Assembly (NCBI GenBank): GCA_016195915.1
Contig: JACPYS010000028.1
Coordinates: forward strand, 132,542 to 196,541
DNA length: 64,000 bases
Source: Betaproteobacteria bacterium
Lineage (GTDB): Bacteria; Pseudomonadota; Gammaproteobacteria; Burkholderiales; SG8-39
Reading direction: 5' to 3'
Below are positions 49,636-57,477 of this stretch, piece by piece. A program made the position numbers and the translations under genes. Under the pieces are notes generated by a model, which saw only the letters and a list, made by a program, of their open reading frames with translations, was not told where the DNA came from and did no database searches. Position 1 is the first letter of the stretch; each line of letters starts with the position of its first letter.

Positions 49636-52589
49636 TGTCGCCGATGGCAGCGAAGAACGACGCGAATCCGTTTGGCATTGCGCCTTATTCTGCCGCGAAG
49701 CTGACACGGTTGTTCGAGTGCTTGCCGGGAATCGATCGAGTCTGGATCTACGGGTCCCGCGCACGCGGCGACCATCGCGAGGAATCGGACATCGATCTCG
49801 CCGTCGAGGCCGCCTCCGAAGAGGCGTACAGCGGCGCGTGGCGCGCAGTGGAAGCGCTGGAACTGGTCTATAGGGTGGATCTGGTTCATCTTCAGCGCGT
49901 GAGCGACACGGGATTTCGCTCGCGCATCGATCAGGACAAGAAGGTATTCTGGGAGCCGCGCAGCTATGCCACCGACGTGGCGGGGCTGGCCGGCACCGAG
50001 TTGAAACAGTTCCAGCGCGAAGTGCTGGCACAACTGGCTCGATACATTGAAGAGCTCGAGAAGCAGCGCGGCCAGGCGGAGAGAGCGGCGGAGGCATTGC
50101 GGGCGGCGGAGGTGGACGCGGACAAGGAGATGCTCGATTTCGCGCGCAAAACCTGGGATGCGATGCGGGAGCGTAAGCAGCTTCCACCGACTTTCGCCGG
50201 CCGGACTTATTCCAGCCGTTTTGACCCTGCGGCGCGGCCCATTCCCAACGTGTGCCTGAAGGTGCCGACGGGCGGGGGCAAGACATTGCTCGCGGCAGCC
50301 GCGGTCGCCCGCATGTTTTCGAGCTATTTCCGCCGCCATACGGGACTGGTTCTCTGGATCGTACCGAACGAGGCCATCTTCAGCCAGACGAAACGCACGC
50401 TGAACGACCGCGACCATCCGTACCGGCAAATGCTCAATGTGGCGGGCGCCGGGCGGGTCAAGATACTGGAAAAGGATTCGCCGCTTTCGCGGGCAGACGT
50501 GGAGTCGCACCTGTGCGTCATGCTCCTGATGCTTCAATCGGCGTCGCGCCAGTCGAAGGAAACGCTGCGCTTCTTCCGCGATCGCGGCAGCGTGCACGGG
50601 TTCTTCCCGCGCGAGGACGACCTCGACGCGCACTACCGGTTGCTGGGCGAAATTCCCAACCTCGACATCTATGGCGCCGATCCGCGTCTGAAAGGCGCGA
50701 TCGTCAAGGATTCACTCGGAAACGTGATGCGCCTGGTGCGCCCCATGGTGATCATCGACGAGGGCCATCATGCCTATACCGAAACGGCGTTGAAGACCAT
50801 CGACGGCTTCAATCCCTCCCTGGTACTGGAGCTGTCTGCGACGCCCCGCGTCGGAAAGAAAGGGGAACATGGCGCGAACATCCTCGTGGACGTTCGCGGC
50901 ACCGACCTGGAACGCGCGGAAATGATCAAGCTCCCGATCAACGTCGAAGCGCGCCCCTGGAACGATTGGCAAAGCTGCCTGAACGCCAGCGTTTCCAAGC
51001 TGGACGAACTAGGGAAAGCAGCGCATCTCCTCGAAGCCGATACCGCGCGCTATATCCGGCCGATCCTGCTGGTGCAAGTCGAGCGAACCGGCGCAGACCA
51101 GCACGACAGCGGGTTCATTCATGCCGACGATGCGCGCAATCATTTGCTGCAATTGGGATTCCACGCGGATGAGATCGCCATCAAGACAGCGGACAGGGAT
51201 GAGCTCAAGCAAGTTGAAAACATCAATTTGCTTTCCCCGGCCAACCGCGTGCGCGCGATCGTGACCAAGCAGGCGCTCTCGGAGGGGTGGGACTGCCCTT
51301 TCGCGTACGTGCTGTGTGCGCTCTCTGCGGGCCGTAATCCCGCGGCATTGACCCAATTGATCGGCCGGATTCTGCGGCAGCCCGATGTCGCGAAAACGGG
51401 CCGCAGTGCGCTCGACGAATGCTACGTGTTTTGTCACGACATCCAGACCGGCGCGGTGGTGACCCTTATCAAGTCGGGACTGGAGCAGGACGGTTTGGGC
51501 GATCTTGCCATCAGCGTCCGCTCCGGCAACGGAGAGGCCCCGAACGCGAATCTGCGCAAAGTGGAGCGCAACCCGAAGTTCGGCAAGCTGCGCATCTTCC
51601 TGCCGCGGGTGACCTGGAACGATGGCGGCATGCGGCGGGAACTCGCTTATGACAGCGATATCCTGGCGAAAGTACCCTGGCAGGCAATGGATGCGGCGGC
51701 GCTGGCAAATGACTGGGCGCCCGACTCGGCACCGGCCGGACAGCAGCGCCTGCGCATCGGGCTTGAGGTATTGGCGGGCGTCAGTCCGATTCTTCCACCT
51801 GATGAGGACAGCATTTCCGCGTCGCTCGACCGGGTTTCGATGGTGCGCGCCGTTCTCGATCTCGTGCCCAATGCATGGATCGTCTGGCAACTGATAGAGA
51901 CGACCGTCAGGCGGCTCCAGAGGATAGGGTTTGCGGAGCAAGCCATAGCGCGCTCATCCAACAGCCTGATCGAACGTCTGAGGAGCGATCTGGAGCGGGA
52001 ACGCGACCGCTTGGCAGAGCAGGTATTTACCGAGTTGGTTGAAGCGGGCAGGGTGGCGTTTTCCCTGCGCGCGGACGCCGCCGACTACGAGTTGCCGTCC
52101 TCGCTCGAAATCAACGTATCCGATTCGCCGCGCAACGCGCAGCGCCCGGACGGCCAGCCTATCGATAAGAGTCTTTTTCAGCCGTGCTTCGAGGCAATAT
52201 TCGACAATCGACTGGAACTCGATGTCGCCTGCTATCTCGACAGCCAGGCGGCGCTCACTTGGTGGCACCGCAACGTTGCCAAAACCCAATACGGCCTGCA
52301 AGGGTGGAAAAGAAACAAGATCTATCCGGACTTCGTTTTCGCGAAAATGGAGGGCGAAGGGATGGCGAAAATCGTGGTGCTGGAGACCAAGGGACTGCAC
52401 CTCAAGAACGAGGATTCGGCCTATAAGAAGGCGTTGCTCGATCGTTTGACTGAAATCTATATGGAAGGCAGCGGCATTCGAGTGGGTGAACTCGCGCTCG
52501 AAGGCACGAGCCGGCAGCAGGTGATTTGCGATCTTGTGTTCGACGATGCATGGCGAGGCGCGATTTCCAGCCGGCATTTTTCGTCATGA
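49635..52589 (+). CDS. res: Fusion protein: minimal nucleotidyltransferase (MNT, HI0073-like) domain plus Type III restriction enzyme Res subunit (SF2 ATPase plus PD-(D/E)xK nuclease)
   Basis: YGSRARGDHREESDIDL (GS..DxD, 49752-49796). Walker A VPTGGGKT (50262-50285). DEGH (50757-50768). LELSATP. SEGWDCPF. QLIGRILRQ. C-terminal YPDF..VVLETKG (52326-52391). A single uninterrupted 984-codon ORF whose ATG overlaps the HEPN TAA. Confidence 0.88.
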   Translation: MSPMAAKNDANPFGIAPYSAAKLTRLFECLPGIDRVWIYGSRARGDHREESDIDLAVEAASEEAYSGAWRAVEALELVYRVDLVHLQRVSDTGFRSRIDQDKKVFWEPRSYATDVAGLAGTELKQFQREVLAQLARYIEELEKQRGQAERAAEALRAAEVDADKEMLDFARKTWDAMRERKQLPPTFAGRTYSSRFDPAARPIPNVCLKVPTGGGKTLLAAAAVARMFSSYFRRHTGLVLWIVPNEAIFSQTKRTLNDRDHPYRQMLNVAGAGRVKILEKDSPLSRADVESHLCVMLLMLQSASRQSKETLRFFRDRGSVHGFFPREDDLDAHYRLLGEIPNLDIYGADPRLKGAIVKDSLGNVMRLVRPMVIIDEGHHAYTETALKTIDGFNPSLVLELSATPRVGKKGEHGANILVDVRGTDLERAEMIKLPINVEARPWNDWQSCLNASVSKLDELGKAAHLLEADTARYIRPILLVQVERTGADQHDSGFIHADDARNHLLQLGFHADEIAIKTADRDELKQVENINLLSPANRVRAIVTKQALSEGWDCPFAYVLCALSAGRNPAALTQLIGRILRQPDVAKTGRSALDECYVFCHDIQTGAVVTLIKSGLEQDGLGDLAISVRSGNGEAPNANLRKVERNPKFGKLRIFLPRVTWNDGGMRRELAYDSDILAKVPWQAMDAAALANDWAPDSAPAGQQRLRIGLEVLAGVSPILPPDEDSISASLDRVSMVRAVLDLVPNAWIVWQLIETTVRRLQRIGFAEQAIARSSNSLIERLRSDLERERDRLAEQVFTELVEAGRVAFSLRADAADYELPSSLEINVSDSPRNAQRPDGQPIDKSLFQPCFEAIFDNRLELDVACYLDSQAALTWWHRNVAKTQYGLQGWKRNKIYPDFVFAKMEGEGMAKIVVLETKGLHLKNEDSAYKKALLDRLTEIYMEGSGIRVGELALEGTSRQQVICDLVFDDAWRGAISSRHFSS

Positions 52590-52803
52590 CTACGGTTGTC
52601 CCGGCGGCCATCCTCGAAGCGATGCAAACGGTAGCGAAATGATACCTTTTAGGCTCGAAGCATCAACTCTTCTTGCCCTGCGCTGTTATGCCACCGTCAC
52701 TTCTTTCGCCAGATACACATCCTGAACCGCATTGAGCAGCGCAACGGGCCGACCCGATCCGACAGCATTTGCTTTCCCATCAACACATCAGTATCGTTGT
52801 GTT

Positions 52804-53244
52804 ATGATTCCTGCGTTCAGTGCCGAAACGGGCAATCTCCCGCCGGGGGAACATCCCGCCACATGGGAAGAAATCGTGGAGCGGTTCGGCTACACCGCGT
52901 GGCGCAGTAAGTTGCTCGACGGGCTGAAGGCCGCCTTGGAGTCCCTGCGCGCAGCGGGTTGTAAGAAGATCTACCTCGATGGAAGCTTTGTTACTGCGCA
53001 GGAGAGGCCCGGCGACTTTGACGCCTGCTGGGTAGGGGAGGGCGTCAACGGCGACCTTCTCGACGAGGAACTCCTCGTATTCGACGGCGGGCGAGCAACG
53101 CAAAAAGAAAAATATGGGGGCGAGTTATTCGTTGCGGAGTGGGCAGCCGATGAGACCGGCACTCCCTTCCGAACGTTCTTCCAGCAAGACCGGGATGGGA
53201 ATCCCAAAGGCATCATCACTATCGACTTGACGGAGCTGCCATGA
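52804..53244 (+). CDS. Small NTase-fold protein (I recall this as DUF6932-like), toxin candidate
   Basis: MIPAFSAETGNLPPGEHPATWEEIVERFG ... YLDGSFVTAQERPGDFDACW has a GS-x9-DxD signature at 52981-53022. Start placed at ATG 52804. Confidence 0.7.
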   Translation: MIPAFSAETGNLPPGEHPATWEEIVERFGYTAWRSKLLDGLKAALESLRAAGCKKIYLDGSFVTAQERPGDFDACWVGEGVNGDLLDEELLVFDGGRATQKEKYGGELFVAEWAADETGTPFRTFFQQDRDGNPKGIITIDLTELP

Positions 53245-53669
53245 TCACTAACGAGCGCCAGTATGCGATTACGAAGGCGCAAGCGGAGCGCTTCAAAGAG
53301 GCGCTCGCGAAGCCCGATGAACAAGGAAAGAAGCTGCACCCTAAGGTACGGAAGGCGATGAGCGAGGGATTACAGAGCCAACTCCAGGACCTGGAAACGG
53401 AAATCGCTGAATTTGAAAAACTGCGCGACGGGAAAGTCACGACCATCGTGGTGAATTCGATCGTTGACATCGCCGTAGCGCTCATTCAGTCGCGTATCGC
53501 GCGCAACTGGACGCAGAAACAACTCGGCGAGAGGCTCAATCTTCCGGAACAGCAAATCCAGCGCTACGAGAGCACTCGCTACAAGGGGGTGGCCGTGGAG
53601 CGTCTCCAGGAAGTGGCCGATGCGCTGAATGTTCGCGTGCAAGAGGTGGTTACAATCGAACAGCGGTAA
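53241..53669 (+). CDS. XRE-family helix-turn-helix protein (HigA-like antitoxin candidate)
   Basis: The C-terminal HTH is IQSRIARNWTQKQLGERLNLPEQQIQRYESTRY. The ATG overlaps the upstream stop (ATGA). Confidence 0.8.
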   Translation: MITNERQYAITKAQAERFKEALAKPDEQGKKLHPKVRKAMSEGLQSQLQDLETEIAEFEKLRDGKVTTIVVNSIVDIAVALIQSRIARNWTQKQLGERLNLPEQQIQRYESTRYKGVAVERLQEVADALNVRVQEVVTIEQR

Positions 53670-53709
53670 ACCTGGGGACTTGAGAGCAGGCGTCAGCGGA
53701 GATTTTCCG

Positions 53710-54538
53710 ATGTCGACCGAGACCACCCGCCGTGTAACGATCGATGACGAATACCGGGCTCGTACGCGAGCTTCGGCGAACCTCTACGCGGAAGCTTGCA
53801 CGGTGATTCCGGCAGGAATCACCCACGACTCGCGCTTCACGCTGCCTTATCCGATCTTCGTATCTCGCGCCGCAGGTCCCCGCAAGTGGGATGTCGACGG
53901 CAACGAGTACGTCGATTACTTCGGCGGCCACGGAGCATTGCTGCTCGGTCATTCGCACCCCGCCGTGGTCGAAGCGGTGCAGCGCCAGGCCGCACTCGGT
54001 ACGCACTGGGGCGCCTCGCACACACTCGAAGTGCGCTGGGCGCAGTTGGTGCAGCGCCTGATCCCCTCGGCTGAGCGGGTTCGCTTCACGGCCTCGGGGA
54101 CCGAAGCATCGCACCTGGCGTTGCGGCTCGCACGTGCGTACACCGGAAAACCGAAGATCCTGCGCTTCGTCGGCCACTTTCACGGCTGGCATGGCGAGGT
54201 CGTCGCGGGCGCGATGTCGCACTTCGATGGCTCGGTGCCCGCCGGCATTGCGCAGTCGCTGCTCGATCAGTCGATCGTGCTGCCGGCCGAAGATATTCCA
54301 CGCATCGACGAAACGCTGCACACGCGCGATGACATCGCCGCGGTCATCTTCGAGCCCTCGGGCGCATCGTGGGGCCAGGTACCGCTGCCGCCCGGCTTCG
54401 GGAGGTCACCAGGCAACAGGGCATGGTGCTGATTTTCGACGAGGTGATCACCGGCTTTCGATGGTCGCGCAGACGCTGGACGCATTTCGCACGGCGGTGA
54501 GAAGGCTGAAATCGGAGGGCGATATCCGGAACGCCTAG
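53710..54538 (+). pseudogene. Class III aminotransferase (glutamate-1-semialdehyde aminomutase-like) remnant
   Basis: The N-terminal 228 aa are intact (DVDGNEYVDYFGGHGALLLGH, FTASGTEA). Homology then continues in a second frame (LREVTRQQGMVLIFDEVITGFRWS) and jumps to the extreme C-terminus in a third frame (AQTLDAFRTAVRRLKSEGDIRNA*). This indicates one frameshift plus loss of roughly 150-200 codons. Confidence 0.75.
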
Positions 54539-54668
54539 CGATGGCGCCGGTCGTGGATCAGGGTTGCACGCATCCGGAATAAAGGCCCGGTCGCAGGTGT
54601 TTGCCTCGTTGCCGGCATGTCAAGCTGGCTAAGCCCATTCGCCACGACCAACTTTTTAAAGGAAAACC

Positions 54669-54914
54669 ATGAAACGCACCACTCTTTTTGTCGCTCTGGC
54701 GTTCGCCAGTGCCTCGGCGTTCGCCTTCCACTGCCCGAAGGACATGAAGGCGATTGACGATGCGCTGCCGAAGGCGAAGCTGTCCGCGGCGCAGTTGGCC
54801 GAGGTAACGAAGCAGCGTGCCGACGGCGAGGCGCTGCACAAGGCCGGGAAGCACCAGGAATCGGTCGACATGCTCGCCAAGGCCATGAAAACTCTCGGGA
54901 TCGGCGCCAAATAG
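54669..54914 (+). CDS. Small secreted protein of unknown function
   Basis: AAAGGAAAA SD, signal peptide MKRTTLFVALAFASASAFA, 81 aa, followed by a strong terminator. Confidence 0.6.
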   Translation: MKRTTLFVALAFASASAFAFHCPKDMKAIDDALPKAKLSAAQLAEVTKQRADGEALHKAGKHQESVDMLAKAMKTLGIGAK

Positions 54915-54931
54915 CCGTCCGCGCAGCAAAC

Positions 54932-54958
54932 AAAACGCCGCCCGCGGGTGGCGTTTTT
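54932..54958. terminator. Bidirectional Rho-independent terminator
   Basis: AAAACGCCGCC-CGCG-GGTGGCGTTTTT forms an 8-bp GC-rich stem (one G-T pair) with a 4-nt loop. An A-tract lies 5' and a T-tract 3'. It sits between convergent genes. Confidence 0.8.
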
Positions 54959-55022
54959 CTTTGCGGGCGCACCCTGCGGCAGGAGTGGGGCAGGCGCGCG
55001 GCGCAACGTGAGTTCGACACTG

Positions 55023-55991
55023 TCACTCGGGCGTGATGCCGGCCTCGCGGACCACTTTCGTCCACTTGGAAATTTCGCCCTGCAGGTAGGCCGCAAAAAC
55101 CATCGGGCTGCTGCCCACGGGCTCGTCGCCCTGCGTGGCGAGCCGGTCGCGCAGGTCCTTCGCCTTCAGCGCTGCGGCGGAGTCGGTCCAGATGCGCTCC
55201 ACGATCGGCTGCGGCGTGCCTGGCGGCGCGAACAGGCCGAACCAGGCGTTCGTCTCGAATCCCTTGAAACCGGATTCGTCGAATGTGGGCAGGTCGGGGA
55301 AAGCCGACGAGCGCGCAAGGCCGGTGGTGGCCAGGGGCCGGATTTTGCCCGCCTTGACTTGCGCGAGCACGTTCGGAATGTGGTTCACGGAGAACGCGAC
55401 GTCGCCGGACACCAATGCGAGAATCGCCGGCGGGCCCCCGTTGTAGAGAACGTGGGTGGGATTGAGGCCCGCGGCCTGCTTCAGCAGTTCGACAGCCAGG
55501 TGGGGAAACGTTCCCTTGCCGTTGCTCGCGTAGTTCACGCGATCGCCATTGGCCTTCAGATAGGCGAGAAACTCCTTCATGTTCTGCAAGGGCAGGCCCG
55601 AGTTGACAACCAGCACGAGCGGGCCCGCCGTGAGCTGGGTAATCGGCGCGAACTGCTGCACCGGATCGTAGGGGACCGTTCGATACAGGAGCGGTGCAAA
55701 CACGTGCGTCGCGGCTCCGGCCAGCAATAGCGTGTAGCCGTCAGGCGTCGCACGCGCAACGGCGGCGGCGCCGATGGTGCCGCCCGCACCGGGCCGGTTC
55801 TCGACGATGACCCGCTTGCCCAGCGAGGCACGGAGCTTGTCGGCGATCAGCCGGCCGACGATGTCGACCACGCCGCCGGCGGGGTAGGGCACGACGATGG
55901 TGACGGGCTTGACCGGATACTCGTCCGCCAGCACGCCTTTGGCGAGCATGCACAGCGCCAACGCGCCGAACAGAAATTTCGCAAGTCTCAT
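55023..55991 (-). CDS. Bug-family (TctC-like) tripartite tricarboxylate transporter substrate-binding protein
   Basis: Signal peptide followed by YPVKPVTIVVPYPAGGVVDIVGR..NRPGAGGTIG. Confidence 0.9.
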   Translation of the reverse strand: MRLAKFLFGALALCMLAKGVLADEYPVKPVTIVVPYPAGGVVDIVGRLIADKLRASLGKRVIVENRPGAGGTIGAAAVARATPDGYTLLLAGAATHVFAPLLYRTVPYDPVQQFAPITQLTAGPLVLVVNSGLPLQNMKEFLAYLKANGDRVNYASNGKGTFPHLAVELLKQAAGLNPTHVLYNGGPPAILALVSGDVAFSVNHIPNVLAQVKAGKIRPLATTGLARSSAFPDLPTFDESGFKGFETNAWFGLFAPPGTPQPIVERIWTDSAAALKAKDLRDRLATQGDEPVGSSPMVFAAYLQGEISKWTKVVREAGITPE

Positions 55992-56003
55992 TGCTTTGCT
56001 CCC

Positions 56004-57467
56004 TCAGATCAGCATCGGCTGCTGCGGTTTGCGCCGCGCGGGCATGCGTGAGCGCAATGTGCCGCGCATGGACCATTCCTGGAGTTCGCGAACAAGACGT
56101 TCCCGCAATTCACGGTGCTCGCTGGCATGCCACAGGTTGCGCACCTCGCCGGCGTCGCTCTGCAGGTCGAACAGTTCGCCATCGGGCTCGCCGAGGTAGT
56201 AGACGAGCTTCCAGTCGCGGTCGCGCCGCATCACGATGTACTCGGCGCCGGTCTGTATGTGATCGCGCGCGAGCTCCGCGTAGACCGCATCCCTGGCGAC
56301 AGGCTCGCCGCCCGATAGCGCGCGGAGCAATGAGCGCGCCTCCCAATTGGGAGGCACGCTTACGTCGGCGGCTTCGAGAATCGTCGGCGCGATATCCATC
56401 AACTGCACCAGGGCGTCGCTGGCAGCGCGCGGCGCGAGGCGTCCCGGCGACCAGAACACCAGGGGCACGCGCTCGACGCAGTCGTACATGGTCCATTTCT
56501 GGATATGCCCGTGATCGCCGAGCGCATCCGCATGGTCGGAGGTGAAGATCACCAGGGCATTGTCGAGGTAGCCTTTGCGGCCGAGCGCGTCGATGATCTG
56601 CCCGACTTTCTCGTCGATCATGGAAACGTTGGCCGCGTAATGGCGGCGCAGCCGCAACAGGGCGTGCGCGGAAGGCCGCTCCTGCCAGGCCACCGAGTCG
56701 TAGTTGTCGCGGATCATGTTCTGCCGCAGCGCGGCCTGCGAACGCGGCTGCTGCGCGAGTTCGGCTTCGGTCACGCGGGGCAGGGGGATGTCCGTCGCGG
56801 CGTAGCGCGCGAGATGGCGCGGCACCGGATCGTACGGCGGATGCGGACCAGGAAAGCCGATCTGCAGGAACAGCGGACTGGCCGACTTGCGTTCCTCCAG
56901 CCACCACACCGCATGGTCGCCGACAAACATGTCGGAGTGCATGTCCTCGTCGAGATCCCAGGCGAAGGCACCGAGCGCTTCGCGATACCCTTCGGGGTCC
57001 GCCGTGTGGCGCGTGTATCTGCTCGGCTTGACGAGCTTCCTCGCGTGCAGCGCCTTGTCCCACTCGTCGTAGAAGGCCCGGTCGCGTTCCTTCAGGAACA
57101 AGGGCCGGTCCTTGTTTTCGACTACGAAACGCTGGTGAAATCCGCCGAGCGCGTCGTACGGATTGATGTGCATCTTGCCGATGCTCGCGCAGTGATAGCC
57201 TGCGTCCGCAAGCCAACGCACCCAGTTGGGTTCCCAGGGCTGAAAATTGGTGAACACGCCACCTGCATGCGGGTACATGCCGGTGAACAGGCTGGCGCGC
57301 GAGCCCACGCACACGGGCGAGGTCACGAAGCAGTTGGTGTAAGCGGCGCCTTCGCGCACCAGCCGGTCGAGCGTCGGCGTATGCATCCACGGCGCGCCGA
57401 GCGCACTGATCGTGTCGGCCCGTTGCTGGTCGGTGATGATCAGGATGATGTTCGGTTTTGCGCTCAT
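56004..57467 (-). CDS. Sulfatase-family protein without signal peptide and with a non-canonical C-V-G-S-R active-site motif
   Basis: MSAKPNIILIITDQQRAD, SPVCVGSRASLFTGMYP, GKMH. ATG at 57467. The longer ORF to 57899 is spurious. Confidence 0.88.
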   Translation of the reverse strand: MSAKPNIILIITDQQRADTISALGAPWMHTPTLDRLVREGAAYTNCFVTSPVCVGSRASLFTGMYPHAGGVFTNFQPWEPNWVRWLADAGYHCASIGKMHINPYDALGGFHQRFVVENKDRPLFLKERDRAFYDEWDKALHARKLVKPSRYTRHTADPEGYREALGAFAWDLDEDMHSDMFVGDHAVWWLEERKSASPLFLQIGFPGPHPPYDPVPRHLARYAATDIPLPRVTEAELAQQPRSQAALRQNMIRDNYDSVAWQERPSAHALLRLRRHYAANVSMIDEKVGQIIDALGRKGYLDNALVIFTSDHADALGDHGHIQKWTMYDCVERVPLVFWSPGRLAPRAASDALVQLMDIAPTILEAADVSVPPNWEARSLLRALSGGEPVARDAVYAELARDHIQTGAEYIVMRRDRDWKLVYYLGEPDGELFDLQSDAGEVRNLWHASEHRELRERLVRELQEWSMRGTLRSRMPARRKPQQPMLI

Positions 57468-57477
57468 CGGCGTCAGC

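Larger units (their letters stand above)
47281..53709. other. Defence islet (Type III R-M with embedded HEPN/MNT, plus an NTase-fold/XRE pair)
   Basis: Five co-directional defence/TA-type genes lie between housekeeping-type genes. GC by hand count is lower than the flanks (38-62% per 60 nt in the mod centre, about 58-60% in res and the distal pair, against roughly 60-75% in flanking genes). The right flank is a decayed gene. Confidence 0.6.

Noticed and set aside
52590-52803. The 214-nt spacer after res as a possible small gene or ncRNA (ORF 52534-52725 and the upstream part of ORF 52732-53244).
   Set aside because: The short ORFs have no SD sequence and no family-like sequence. The homologous part of the downstream protein begins at ATG 52804. 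I saw no clear conserved-looking structure by eye and cannot test folding here.
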